This document shows, piece by piece, positions 1 to 12,877 of a DNA stretch of 64,000 nt. Numbering within the stretch: the stretch's first letter is position 1; every line of letters starts with the position of its first letter. The stretch comes from Fistulifera solaris. Taxonomy: Eukaryota. A program made the position numbers and the translations under genes. The stretch lies in contig AP026123.1 in assembly GCA_030295235.1 (NCBI GenBank), positions 2,418,001 through 2,482,000 of the forward strand, written 5' to 3'. Below the pieces are notes generated by a model that saw nothing but the letters and a program-made list of their open reading frames with translations, was not told the origin of the DNA and did no database searches.

Positions 1-3000
1 GGCGCATTTCAACGAGGTAGGCTTGTTGTATTTCTTGGTCTTATCTGGAGCTTTCGCTCACACAACATCCACATCAGCACATGCTCTTTTTGGGGACCAA
101 ACCGTATCCACAAGAGGATTCGTTTGAATCGTTTCTCTCGTCGAATGGAGGATCCTCCAATGCGTTCACCGATAGCTTAGATACGGTGTATTACTTTGAT
201 CTCAATGCGGATGGGGATGCCAAATTCGCGGAAGCCTTGCAACGTTTTGGAGCCTTTTTCAGTGAGCCGCTCTTCACCGAAGCAGGTACGCTTGAAAAGT
301 CGTCGTTGGAGCCTGTCTTGCGTAAACCTCATCTCGTTCTTTCGTTGTACCATCTTACAATGCAGCGACGGGTCGAGAACTGAATGCCATTGAAAGTGAA
401 AACGCCAAAAATTTGCAACAAGATTCATTTCGTGTGTTTCAGCTGGCCAAAGCACGCGCCAATCCGGATCATCCCTTTAGTAAATTCTTTACGGGAAACA
501 AGGCTACCCTGTTGGACAACACTCTCGCACAAGGCATTAATCTGCGAAACGAATTAATTCAGTTCTATCAAAAGTATTATTCGGCCAATCAAATGACCTT
601 GGCAGTGGTGGGTCCTCAATCCTTGGAGCAATTGCAGGACATGGTGGAGAAGGCATTTACAAAGATACCCAACCGCGACGTGCCGCCGCCCGAGGAATCC
701 TGGCGTGGTATTTTGCCCTTCACTGCCAACAAAACATTCAATTCGAGTCCCATTCCCGCCTTTCGGCATATTGTAGAAGTCGTTCCAGTCCAGGACATTC
801 GTCAAGTGACCATTTCGTGGCCCAAACTCATTGATTCACCGGAGGAGCTGCTGTTGAGTCGACTGGATAAACCCAACAATTACGTGGCGCATTTACTCGG
901 CCACGAAGGACCAGGGTCCTTGTTATCGTATTTGAAACAAAAGGGATGGGCGAATTCCGTTGCTTCTGCCAACGAAGAAGAGTTGAATGACTTCGAGTCG
1001 TTTGATGTTGTGATCGGTTTGACGACACAAGGTTTGGAGCAAGTCGATAGTGTCATTGGGGCAGTCTTTTCGTATATTCGAATGATGCGTGAGCAACCAA
1101 TACCTAATTACATTTTTGAAGAGGTTCTCAAACTAGACGAGATCCAATGGCGATTTACGACCAAGAATGGAGGAGCTGGTTACGTTCAGTCGTTATCCAC
1201 CGCCATGCAAAAGTATCCTCCCGAGCTCTATGTGGCCGGTCCTAGACGTCTTGCGCTCAGCGAATACAACATGGATCCGCCTTTAACCGGTAATCCACGA
1301 TCATCGTTCTCATCGCGTGCACAACTAGAGAACACTCGATCTCTTGTCAACAATTATTTGACAAGCTTGACCGCGGACAATGCTATTATAACGGTACTCA
1401 GTAAAGCATTTGAAGGCAAAACGGACTTGAAAGAAAAGTGGTACGGAACCGACTACCGCGTCCGTGAAATTCCATTCAAGACATTGGATGAATGGAGAAA
1501 TCCCACGCCTGCGAAAAAGCTTAAATTGGCATACCCCAAGCCAAACCCATTCATACCGACAGAAGATGGACTGAGTGTCCGGATACCCAGGTCAAAAGCG
1601 GAAGATTCCAGAAGTCGGTCTTTTGAAGATCGAATGGTTCCCATCCCGCCACCACGAGTGATTCGAGATGATGGGCCCGACGGTCGATGGAAGGTGTACT
1701 TTCGGGAAGACGATCGTTTTGGTAAACCCAAAGGGTATCTAATCTTTCAAGTCATGTCGAAGGAAGTGTTTTCTTCTCCCTTCAAGGCTGCATTATCCAA
1801 TTTATTTGAGTTGTGTGCAACGGATCGGTTGACTGAATACGCCTATGATGGTAAGAATTGTTGCGCGTTTCATTAATTTTCCGTAAATAAGATGAATTAC
1901 TAACCCACCGGAATTAAAGCATCACTAGCGGGGCTAACCTATGATATTAAGGTACTGCCGCGCGGTGTTCGCCTTACCTTCGGTGGCTACAATGAGAAGC
2001 TCGTCCAGTTTGCTGCGTATGTATCACAAAAACTCAGTAAGAACGTGAGGGATTTTCTTCCAAAAAATGACCAGGAGTTCGAAAGATACAAGGATCAGAT
2101 CATGCGCATGCTCGTTTCGTTTGACGTAAAGCAGCCTTATGCCCACGCTGCATATTATTCCACTCTCGCTATACAACCTCTGCATTATCAATATGACACA
2201 AACGAATTGAGAGAAGCGACGCGAAGACTGACACTGCCAGATCTCGTAGAGTACACCAATCTACTTTGGAAATGGGGTAAAGGGGAAGCTCTTATTCAAG
2301 GAAATTTAATTGAGCCAGAGGCGTTGAAAATAGTGGATCAAATCACGAGCGTCCTTCCTTTTCAACCGATCTCTGCAGCCGACGTTCCACCGAGAATACG
2401 TTCATTGCCCCTTCCGACCTCAAAAGCTGGTTCTCTTCCACCACTTCTTTACGTGTCAGAGCCGAATCCGTCGGATGAGAATTCTTGCTGCAACGTCTTG
2501 ATACAGAACATGGACGCATCCGAGAGAGATCACGTCCTCATTGAAATGCTTGGATCCATTGTTCGCGAACCTTTCTACAACGAACTCAGAACCAAAAAAG
2601 CAGCTTGGGTATATTGTCAGCTCAGGTGTCCGAGGACTTGGTGACGCGCGATCACTGACGTTCATTGTGCAGTCTAGCGTAGCAACAGCTGACACGTTGA
2701 CCGTGGAGATTCTGAATTTCCTTGATAAGGTTGAAGAAGACATTTTACAAAAAAATCTCGAACGCGGATGTGGCTGTGTACGCAAAAGCTTGATTGACCG
2801 CAAAACGGAACGCGACAAAGACTTGGCAGTGGAAGTAACTCGAAATTGGGGTGAAATTGCTAGCGGACGATTGCAATTCGATCGTCTACAAAAGAAGCCA
2901 TTGCTTTGCTCAACATTGAAAAAGCAGATCTCATTGATTTCTGGAGAAAACTTTACACCAGTGACAATCGCCGAATGCTCATAACTCAGGTTGTACCTAA

Positions 3001-3136
3001 GGATGGGACTGCTTCATCCAAAGCGCCACCTCGATCAACAGGTTTTGGAACACCGAGTTTTTCTTCGGATGCACTGATTTTGGGCATTGACGATATAGAA
3101 CAGTTTCGACGAAACCAAGAGCAACTGATTGTGTAG
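1..3136 (+). CDS. M16A zinc metallopeptidase (insulysin/pitrilysin family), 5' end outside window
   Basis: Inverted zinc motif HFNE|H-MLFLGT is rebuilt across intron 17-77. Further introns at 286-365 (gives ELNAIESE) and 1851-1919 (TACTAAC branch site). Other motifs: HPFSKFFTGN, HLLGHEGPGSL, EKWYGT, ELRTKKQLGY. Homopolymer frameshifts near 2595, 2750-2785 and 2893. Confidence 0.93.
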
Positions 3137-3322
3137 CTCGTACTTGTACATGATCGCGGGTCAGTGTGTTTTGGGGCGGCTAAAACACCGATTAGTCAGA
3201 AGCTGTTCATGAGTCAGCTGAACAATGCCGATGAAACGATGCAATCTGTAAGTAGTTATTGGCTGGAATGTCGACAGTCAATTCCTCAAAATTAATTATA
3301 AATTAAGTTGAACAAAGGTGCT

Positions 3323-4364
3323 TCATTGGCCATCATCCTTCAACACTTTTCCTTCCATGTGTAGTTTAAAATCTTCGTCCTCCACGAGTTCAACTATTAG
3401 TGGTATCATTGCCGCCAGAAGTCCTCGCCATGCTTTTGGATCATCTGCTATAGCATCTCTTTCGTTCGCCAGACATCCCAATGCGTTGCGAAGTTCATCT
3501 ATTGCATCCGTTGTCTCCTCCATCATCTTGTCAATCATTGATGGAACATCCAAATTCATCACAACACTGCTGTATTCGCTTGCTCGCACATTGATGCAAT
3601 TTCCACAATTTTGATCCGCTTCAAGCGCTACAAGCTCTTTGGAACTGTTTTACAGTCCGCTTTAGGTCCTCTGTAAGGCCTACCGATGCTACTAAGGCCA
3701 TTTGTTGCGCTGTCGTTAACTTTAACCACTGTATCTCGTGCATGTCACTCGTAACCACCAATATAAGTTTGTGAAGACGTGCTTTCAATAGCGTTTGACG
3801 CATCCTCTCTATTTCTTCCGAATCATTAATCAGTTCTTGAAACTGAGTGCAATTCTCCATGATGACGAATCGTTTGAGGCTTTCTTGCAAATCAGAGGTA
3901 CTCATCACCAGCTGCTCCGGATTATCCGCAATGCGGTGAATCATTTGTGCGCACTCTCTCAGCTTGTCTGCTGGCTTAAGCTTTCGAGTCGCAACTTTAC
4001 TTCTTTTCTTGTCGGACACCGCTTTCAATTTGGCTCCATTCTTGACACCCACCTCAAGCAAGACATCGTCGTCGTCGAGGAGTTCCGAGCCAGCAAGAAT
4101 CCTGTACTGCGACATGTCGACACCCGCCTTCTTCTGTAATTGATCTTGCAGATCTTGGACGGTCGCAACATCAGATATGTCATACTTTTTTCTGCCCACG
4201 GTCACTTGAACACTCAGCAAAGCCTGAACGTCATAGAACTGTTTGTGAAAAACACAACAGATGAGCCACACACGCAGTCAGGCATCACCCCCGGCGTCGA
4301 GCAGCTAACTAATCTGACCTACCACAAGAAGGACCAGGATCGAGTAAAATAGGTAAGGTTTCAT
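3323..4364 (-). CDS. Signal-peptide + ubiquitin-like domain + STI1-like helical protein (ubiquilin-like)
   Basis: ATG at 4364. Splicing out intron 4239-4322 gives MKPYLFYSILVLLVFYDVQA followed by a Ubl-like fold (VQVTVGRKKYDI...TVQDLQDQL...QYRILAGSELLDDDDVLLEVGVKNGAKL). Downstream DP-containing helical motifs: DNPEQL, DSEEIERMRQ, DDPKAWR. The junction near 3600 is uncertain. Confidence 0.6.
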
Positions 4365-4891
4365 TATTTGTTACTTGTCTGTAACGTTCTCCTCCACATT
4401 GAATCGAATAATGAATGTGACGAAAAAAGAAAAAAATGCGGCAAAGATTTTCGGCGACGTAAAAATCAACGAATATATTTCGGTACTCAAACAGTAGAAT
4501 CACAAAAACGGAGCGACACAGATTTGTTTTATACTTGTAGTGTTGCGATTTATTTATACTCCGTACTCCCTACTAGCTACGGTACTAGTAATGAGAACGC
4601 TTTAGCCTAAAGACTATAAAGCGTTTTTCCTCAACGAGCGGTACTCAAAAGACTTAGTAGAAAGTTGAAAAACTGACCAGAACCGAACGACACTGAACGA
4701 ACAACGAACGGTGTTTTATGAACGCGGCAACATCGCCAAGAGCAGCGCATCTTTTGATTGATTAAAATTGGGTCAAACCGACAATCATTTCGTCGTATTC
4801 AGCAGTCCAGTCTCCATACAAGAAGAAATCAGCAAGGTGCAACTAATAAGAACTGTTGGTGTGTCGACTGGAGGTAGCAACCGGCGTAAAA

Positions 4892-6737
4892 ATGACAACT
4901 TTATCGCAATTTGTCGCTCTGCATTTCGTGTACCGCCGTCTCTTCTTGGGATGCGGGTTCCTTCCTCTTCTGACATTGATAGCGCCTGTCCTCCTTTGGG
5001 TGTATTTGGGAGTATGGAATATACTTTCAGGAGGGTATGCCGGCGTCACGCATGTGCTATCGCTCGGAATCGCCGTAACAGCGTATCATGGCATTCACAC
5101 GCTGTCAAAAACGGAAGAATCACGTCAGAGAGCATTGCAGATCAATCGACAATACGTTCCTGTACTCATGATATGTTGTGCTTTATTGATTCATGTAACA
5201 GCGTCGTCAATGGGTTTGCGGTCGTTTTCGGGGCCTTATGGTTGGGTTTTCTCCTTTCGAGACTCTCTTCGAATGTCATTCGTTTTGACTCTTTTGGGGA
5301 TTGCCATTCTGGCTCGATTCATGGGTCCTCAATCGCTGGGTAAGTTCCAATTGATCGTGTGCTGTATGATGTGTCGACACAGATACTGACATGTCGTCTC
5401 TTACTCCAGTTCGTTGCTCCACTGTCCCATTGGCGCCGAACCCCGTCTATGTGGCATTGCGCGATATCTGGACGGATCCTCTGTCGATTGTGCAACCCGG
5501 CGATACACCCGGAAAACTTCTCACTCACACGTTTGATCGCGCTCCACGCAACAGTCGACGCTTCCAAACGCCGCTGTTGGCTTCGGAATTGGTGCATACG
5601 GCCCTAGCGATGGTGTTGGGCGTGATGCTGGCGTTGGTGATGGAGTTGCCCACACCGCAGGGTCATCACGAATTGTTGGGTCCCGCCATGCAATGGTGGA
5701 CATCCGTCTTTATCTATTCGCTGTCGCTTCTACTGCCGGTATTGAACTTGGAGCACGAATTGGATCCTAGAAATGTATCCATGAATTTGAAGAGTAGTTT
5801 GACACGCGCCTCAAAGAATACCTTTTTCGCCATTCTTTTCGCAGCGATCCTTTCTATCACCTTCTTTCACTCGACTGGTTCTGGGATTCGATGGACAGCT
5901 CGCGTCGGCATCCATAGCCTCCTTGTCAGTCTGTACATTGAGTTCTTGCAACAAATTATCAGCATGGCACTCTTTTATCCTCGTTCGGACTGTCAATTGC
6001 TCGTCCACGAATTGTACGATGACGGGACCGAATTACCCTACGTCAAAGTGTTACTGTGCGGTATTTTACGCGGCGACGAGGCAGTGAATCTGATGCACAA
6101 AGTCACGGCCGAGCAAGACGAATACGATCGCATTCGCAAGTATGCCGGGTCTCTGGCGTCGGCGCAGCTCAAAATGGGTGCCACCGCCGGCGTGGAAAAG
6201 GCTGAAGCGATGCTCGAAGAAGATGTCCTCCAGTTGGTGTTGCTGGAATCTGTTTATAGTACCCGAAAAGCTGTTGTACAATTATTGGACACACCGCATT
6301 CTCTCTATCTCTTCCGGGCACTTTGTGTGACAATATCCACGTTTGCCGAAATCTTATTGCGCTGCACTTCACTGCAGTCGAGTACGGAGCTGGTATTGCC
6401 ACCTGGCTTTTTGTGTGCGATCGAATATTCCATTGTGGGCATCTCGCGTTGTATTCAACAAAGCTTTCCCGGTGGCTCCGATTGGACGCTGTCGCCTCTG
6501 GCAACGGTATTACCGAGTGTTCTGGAAAGCATCTTTTCCTTGCGCTTGGCGTTGCTCGACTTTGCCCAACGGCGTGGAGATGGGCGTCCCGTCGGCCTGC
6601 ACTTCCCGGAACTGATACATTTGGTACGGTTGTGTGATACAGCTACGCGTCAATGGATAGAAGGCAAATCCGTCAAATTGTGGAATATGGCGACGGAAGA
6701 ATGGGTCCGCGAAATCAAAACTCGGCCTGCCACCTAA
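4892..6737 (+). CDS. Multi-pass membrane protein, probable nucleoporin Ndc1-like
   Basis: Two exons joined in frame by intron 5340-5409 (GTAAGT...CCAG). About 6 N-terminal TM segments and a soluble C-terminal helical domain (LATVLPSVLESIFSLRLAL) resembling the Ndc1 layout. The family call is tentative. Confidence 0.5.
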
Positions 6738-7121
6738 TAGCATTTCATTGGGGGTAGTGGAGGCCATTTCCGAAAAGCTCTACCACAAAGAAACTATCAC
6801 TGTTTCATACTTCTCGCTATATTGTGATAGACAAAGTATTTAGATTCTACTTATTCAAATACTTTAGATTTGACTATAATTATTACTCGTCCGTACTACG
6901 TATTTCATCGCGTGTCCTGCGGCCGCCGGAATGGGTTAATCACGAGTCGTCTTACGTCTGTGCTACACACGGACGATATCTTCATTAACACGAAACTCTC
7001 CGCCGTGTCCGCTCTTATTTCTTTCACAATTAAATACTTGTACTTCACCAAACGTTATTGCAGTCAACCTCTCTTTCGTTCTCATTTCTCATTCTTTATT
7101 CTACTTTTGCACATCAGAATT

Positions 7122-7498
7122 ATGCCGCCCCCCAAGAAGGTCAAAAGGTGATGACATTGCCGATCAATGTCATCTTTTCGCATTTACAGGTACGTGCTGG
7201 TAGGCGAGCGTCGAATGGGCACCTTTCTCTCTTTTTCTGACACACATTTTTGTTATTTTCATCAACAGAAAAAGACGCGCGTACGAATATGGCTGTACGA
7301 AGATACACGCATGCAAATTGAAGGCCAAATAATTGGCTTTGACGAATACATGAACATGGTGTTGGATGATGCTGTCGAATTGGATTCGAAAAGAATAATT
7401 CACGACAAGAAGTGGGACGTATCTTGTTGAAGGGTGATTCGATTACTATGTTGCAAGAAGCTCAACCTGTACGACCGGCTGCCGAAGAGGAAGGATAG
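7122..7498 (+). CDS. SNRPE: Small nuclear ribonucleoprotein E (SmE)
   Basis: [13 protein letters not shown], then an intron at about 7190-7268, then RVRIWLYE...[19 protein letters not shown]...[14 protein letters not shown]. Two poly-A frameshifts (about 7145 and 7390). Confidence 0.95.
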
Positions 7499-7618
7499 AT
7501 TATTATTGTCAGTTGATGAGGGCACCACATTGGGAAAGAAAAGAAAAGTCATCATCTTTACGGTTTAACAACGCAATACATAACAAAAAGTGGTTTTACG
7601 TCTTGATTATCTCACTAA

Positions 7619-8298
7619 TTACGCATTTTTCAGCTCATCGGGATCCACCCCCATGGAACGCGCTAATTTTCTTCCTTGAGGACTCTGCATAATCGCGTTG
7701 AGACCTTCGGCCCCTTTCGGGGCTGCACACCGATTAGCTTACTGGCGTAAAATTTCACGGACAAGCCGCACAAAAAGTAAATAAAGAAAAAGGAGCAGGC
7801 TTGTGTCGTCAAAGTGATCGATTCGGGAGTGGCGTCGTCGCTCAATTCAAACTGCAATCCCCGACTGGTTACGAATCGCCGAAGGAACTCAAAGGGAACC
7901 GAGAACGGCAGCACCCCCAACACCTTTCCGGAATGTTCCGTTCCTAGTATGCGCATCAGTAAAACGAACAAGATGGACGTGTAAATATTGGGTGCCGTAT
8001 GTTTTTGGGCCACCAGGGCGACCGCTTCAGCGTGGTCGTCTTGGGCACGTTGCCACCGCTTCTTCCAACGATCATTGTTCTTTTGTGCTTGCTTCGATGT
8101 AGTCGATAATATAGCCTTTTCTTGTTCTTTTTCCATCACTTCTCGTTCGCGTTGCAATTTCACGTTGGCTCGTTCCAAGGCATTCAAGGCGCGTCGATAG
8201 GATTCCGTGTGGTAGACACGCCAATTGAACCACAAATCACAACCGATTTGAATGGTAACAATCGTCAAGGCGATACTGCTAATATCCGATGCTGTCAT
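7619..8298 (-). CDS. TMCO1: TMCO1 / EMC3 (DUF106, Oxa1 superfamily) ER membrane protein
   Basis: N-terminal TM, a coiled coil, then GKVLGVLPF and the CSFFFIYFLCGLSVK..SKLIG signature. The C-terminus is recovered across a frameshift near 7718. The start could lie further upstream. Confidence 0.8.
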
Positions 8299-8417
8299 GG
8301 TCAAGAGCAATTATAATGTTTGAATTTTAATGTTATAGCAGAGCTCAGTCTTGCTCTTGTTGGTGTTGTCATGGTGTTGCTGGCTGCGCCCGGCATCATT
8401 GCACCAATTTGAAACAG

Positions 8418-8612
8418 ACGGTAATTCTGTTGGCGTTAGTTAGGAGTATTAATTTGAACATGGTATGTAGTCTAGAGTAGCAGACGGAAATTCTGTCAAA
8501 TTTTTTTGCTGCAACGGAAAATCTGAAAATCATTTCTTTGCGGACGGAATTTCTGTTTGAAGAGTCTTCAGGTGGGTTTGTATATCAAAGTTTAACAAAT
8601 ACGGAAAATCTG
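8418..8612. promoter_or_regulatory. Five copies of ACGG-W4-TCTG motif upstream of TMCO1
   Basis: Copies at 8418 (acggtaattctg), 8484 (acggaaattctg), 8514 (acggaaaatctg), 8544 (acggaatttctg) and 8601 (acggaaaatctg). Confidence 0.55.
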
Positions 8613-9007
8613 TCTGATTATTCTTGATTTGCATTGCAACTTCATTATTTCAGCTGCTGCAAGCTTCGGACCCTTCGACCTAACATTACCGGTATGAACT
8701 TAATGTTTCTCTTTTAATACACGCGTGAAAGCTTCGACGAAAAAAGAGTTGATGTCACGGAACTGTCGTTTTTTAATCGGTTTTTAATCGGCAAATGCTT
8801 TGTGGGGGTTGATTGTTAACAGAAACTGCGCCCCGAACCATGGTCTCGTCGATCAATAATATGGAATTAATGGAGTTTGAGGCTTTTTAGAAACTATTCC
8901 TTGTGTGATCCGAATGCGCTCTATCAAGCAGTATGCTGACATTTTTCTAGAATCAACAAGTATAAACTAAACTAAGACTTTGCCGTAATAAAAGCAACGT
9001 CGCCAGA

Positions 9008-9553
9008 TCACGGGGTCAATCCCATGAGAATCAGAAAGACCAGCAAAATAAACAAACCAGCCACAATCAATTGCAGACGCCACACACTCGAATCTTCGCG
9101 CAATCGCATAGCACGACGTGTTTCCTCTTGCAGACTATCCTGCGCGGCATCTAAATTATTCTCCATATCCCCCAACAAAGTAACATGCATTCGCGCCTCT
9201 TCTCCAATCGCCGACGTTTGATTGCGAAGACGTCCTACACCAATTGCTAGATCGTCAATCAAATCATCTTGTCGTTGCATGGCCAGCGTCACGTGAGACA
9301 GCGGTGCGTCTGTCGGTTGCGGCGGCTGGTATCCTCCGGACGGTTGCTGCGAACGCAAATGTTGAATCAAGCGCCTCCGACGCTGCGCTTCCGTTTGTGG
9401 TAAATTGTATTCGGAAAGTTGCTGCTCCAAGCGCTGCAAACCCTGTTGCAGCGACTGCACATCTCCGCTGCGTGACACGAGACCGCTCGTTCGCATCTGC
9501 GATGCGGCGCGGGCTAGCCGTGCGTACTCATTGTCCCAGTCGGTAATTGACAT
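9008..9553 (-). CDS. Qc-SNARE (syntaxin-8/SYP5-like)
   Basis: SNARE motif MQRQDDLIDDLAIGVGRLRNQTSAIGEEARMHVTLL and a C-terminal TM anchor. Confidence 0.88.
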   Translation of the reverse strand: MSITDWDNEYARLARAASQMRTSGLVSRSGDVQSLQQGLQRLEQQLSEYNLPQTEAQRRRRLIQHLRSQQPSGGYQPPQPTDAPLSHVTLAMQRQDDLIDDLAIGVGRLRNQTSAIGEEARMHVTLLGDMENNLDAAQDSLQEETRRAMRLREDSSVWRLQLIVAGLFILLVFLILMGLTP

Positions 9554-9868
9554 TTGATTCTGTTGTTATATATTTCAGTAAAATAAGAACCGAAGACTTT
9601 GCAATTACCAACAATGCATTCAAGAGAAAGCAATAACGGTTCGATGATTCATTGCTTGCATTTTTAGCAGCAACGACGAAAAGCGGTGCGGCGGCGTGAC
9701 TAAAAAACTGTGTACTTTATGTTGTCGCAGCACCATTTGCATTTGACGTGGCATACACGACACAAACTTCGAACAACACACGTGACTGCTTGATAGGGTT
9801 TTAAAAGCCAAGCTCCATCCTTGTGAAGAAGTTTAGTTAGCATTACCATTTACATCCACTTTATTGAG

Positions 9869-10741
9869 CTAAACCCATCCACGCAGCTGACAGTGAACCC
9901 GAGCTACGGCAGTCATGTAATCTTTTCACCAAACGAAGTCGCATATTCCGTGCGCACGGCTTGCTTCATGTACTCCGATGCTTTGGTAATTTCACCTCGA
10001 GCTTCACAGTACAAACCTAGATAAAATAGCGCATAGAAGTCATCTGAAAGTCTGTAGCATACAATTAAGCAATAATGAGATTTCACTGTCGCCACCCCAA
10101 AGTTCGAAATAGTGTAACACTCACGTACCTTTCGCTTTGATGTCCTGCCAATGCTAGATCGTGTTCGGTCCCTTCGCCTCGAAACAAACTGTATACTTTA
10201 GCCTAAATTAACAACTAGATTGAGGCGATCTATGTCATCTATGTGACAAAAGCCGACACAAGCACCTAACACATTAGAAGACACATACCATTATTTTTCT
10301 CCGGTCCCGCTTTCCTGGAGGCAACGCCATGGCGTTGGGAGGTTCATTGGGTCGTAATCGCATTTGCGAGCCAATATCCCACACAATTTCTTCCACATCC
10401 AAGGGATTTACTTGCACGTCCGTGCGAAATTGTTGACTGGCTTCGGCAAACCGGTCAGCATAATAGTAGCTGAGTCCGCGTTGCCACAAATAGGGAGTCA
10501 AGGACGGCTTCAGTGCTTCGGCTTGGTCAAACAGTTGAATGGATAAATCCACTTGGCCATTCCGAAAGGCGTCCATGCCACGGAAGACTAGTTTCTGGGC
10601 CAAGTAGGGGTCGTTGCTAGTTGTTTTCTCGGCCAAGAAAAGCCTTGTGGACGTCTTTGAGCGGACATGGAATGAGGTATGACAGGGAGTAAACGCATCC
10701 CCTATAGCTAAGAAGCATACAATGATGAGGATTGTTGACAT
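9869..10741 (-). CDS. Plastid-targeted TPR-like protein (family conserved in plants/algae)
   Basis: Signal peptide + GDA-FTP cleavage motif. Core motifs RGMDAFRNG...YLWQRGLSYYY...QFRTDVQVNP.DVEE..W and a C-terminal exon FYALFYLGLY.E...DYMTAVARVH. Two introns (about 10204-10288 and 10055-10127). Confidence 0.8.
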
Positions 10742-11106
10742 TGTGGGAGGCACGCGGCTAAAATATCGAGGCTTCCGTCGTGTGTTCGCCCTCATAATAA
10801 CTATAATATTTCGCGTGCTCTATTTGTCGTGTGATAGCTGAATGCGAGCTAAAAGGCTTCTGGCAGAGAAAAATCAAAGAAATGAAGGGTTACAATAGTC
10901 TTTATCTCAGCGCTTTGTTTGTCTTCATTCTTTGCGTTTTATCATGGTCGCGTTCCGACGATCGCGGCCATTTTTGCGTCTGGATCGTGACTGAGATGCA
11001 GTCGTGGTCTCCGTGAACCAACTCTTTGCGTCCATAGTAAAACGGATGACAGCGTCTCGCAAAGGCTCTCCGATGTAAAATATAATGATGTGTAATGCAA
11101 GCGCTG

Positions 11107-11470
11107 CTAAAGCCTATCGCATTGCAGCAACGACAAATGAAACGAACGAATTGTAGCTAGCACTGTCGCTCGACAGAATATCGACTCATGACTGAAGAGC
11201 AGTCGTGGCGAAATACGGACAATACACTTGGGTTCATAGTAAAACTCGCAGACAACGTATCGCGGGCTTTCCGGCGTAAAAATAATATCGTGGCTTTGAT
11301 TCAAACAATGCTAAAGACTATTTCACTGCAGTAACGACAACCGGGTTTTAGGAAAATTTGACGAAAGAACGAATTGTACGTAGTAGGCAGCATTGTCGCT
11401 CCAAAGAATTTGATTCATACGACGTAAGCATAGTAAATTCTAGCCATGACTGAATGGCAGTCGTGGATAA
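11107..11470. repeat. Diverged non-coding direct duplication
   Basis: 11107-11210 (ctaaagcctat..tgcagcaacgacaa..gaacgaattgta..gcactgtcgctc..catgactgaa.agcagtcgtgg) matches 11311-11467 colinearly with indels. Confidence 0.7.
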
Positions 11471-11626
11471 GTTATACTGCACGTTTATCCGAATTTTTTC
11501 AGGTCTTGAGCCTTTTACAAAACAAATTCGCTTGAAACAGTTGCTAAGATACATATTTTTTACCTATTAGGCCATAAAACGAGAGAAACCTTGAAGCGAT
11601 CATATCCATTCACTCAAAGTACAATA

Positions 11627-12382
11627 CTACGGCGCGTTTCGCTGAGCTGGATTGGACCGAAACACCGGTGAATTGACAAAAGGATCCACACTCGTTCGAT
11701 GATTCTGTGCCGCTTGTCCCCACCAAATGAGTTGTGACGTGCATCGTTGTAAATAAGTGTCCCATTGCTCACCATTCTGTCCAGCTTGCAAGGATCCATC
11801 CTCCAACAAAACATCTGCCGCATGGGGAATATGAATCATGGCAGATACGGGAAGGCATCCCAACTCCGACAAGATGGGTCGCAATGCAATGGCGGCTCGA
11901 GTTCCTCCCCACTGACCCGCCGAGTACGTGACAATCGCACTCGGTTTGTACGAAAAGATCGACGAGCCAAAGTGATTGACAAAATTGATCAATGCCGGTG
12001 AGGGTGCGTGATTGTATTCGGGTGTGATCATGACGTACGCATCCGCTCGTTCTAGTGTTTCTTGTATTTGCTGTAAATGCAAGGGGGTTTGACTTTTGCT
12101 GTAGGCAAATGCAGGCTTGTCCATCAAGGGCAATTGTCGAGAATCAAGCACGGAAACCACCAAATCTTTTTGCTGTTCCAAATGTTGTACGAGGAATTTG
12201 CACACACGCGGTCCCAGAACCGGTTTCGGAGGGCCGTCCGTACGGGACGTGCCCGTCACGACAGCAACGTGCAAGAGAGCTTTCGAACACGTGACGATCG
12301 AAGACAACATGCTAAGAGACAGGCCACAACGTCGTCTCTTAGTTGCTGATGGCCTCGCGACATTGTAAATAACCATCCTCAT
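11627..12382 (-). CDS. NADPH-dependent FMN reductase / quinone-chromate reductase family flavoprotein
   Basis: VVTGTSR, ADAYVMITPEYNHAPSPAL and KPSAIVTYSAGQWGGTRA flavodoxin-like motifs, plus an N-terminal targeting-like extension. Confidence 0.9.
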   Translation of the reverse strand: MRMVIYNVARPSATKRRRCGLSLSMLSSIVTCSKALLHVAVVTGTSRTDGPPKPVLGPRVCKFLVQHLEQQKDLVVSVLDSRQLPLMDKPAFAYSKSQTPLHLQQIQETLERADAYVMITPEYNHAPSPALINFVNHFGSSIFSYKPSAIVTYSAGQWGGTRAAIALRPILSELGCLPVSAMIHIPHAADVLLEDGSLQAGQNGEQWDTYLQRCTSQLIWWGQAAQNHRTSVDPFVNSPVFRSNPAQRNAP

Positions 12383-12877
12383 TCTATAAGATGCCTTACG
12401 AGAAATATTAGCGGTTAATATTCCTTAAAAATAATCTTGGTCTTGTGGTTGTAAAAGCTTTTGTTTCTGCGATGTACTCCGTAATAAACTGCGCAGGTAG
12501 CGCGACGAAAGCCTCGTGACTGAAATAGGAGTGTCGAGTCGTTGGAAATTGTTTTGACCGTCACTGTAACTATGGAGGCTTTATTTGAAGCCTCAATAGC
12601 AACACCGAAGAATTTTGCATCTTGTTCGTTCAATTCTTCGACACTAATGAAAATAAGCGCAATGCCCTTATTGGCACGCTCGATATAGTTAACGAGTAAA
12701 CTTCTGTAAAAAATGCATCGATGACGGGCTCATTTTTCGTGGCCAAAAGAATAAGCTGTACGCTATGGAGAACAGAGCCATGAGGAGAAAGGCTACGAAA
12801 AGGAGCATAGAACTTGATCCTCTATATTTCAGCAAGATAGATGGACGTTTGAGTCGACCGCTTTCACTCCGCTAAGA

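Noticed and set aside
2590..2900. Programmed ribosomal frameshifting or pseudogenisation of the M16 peptidase and other split genes
   Set aside because: Indels occur window-wide at homopolymers, in both directions and in essential genes, which is consistent with sequencing error.
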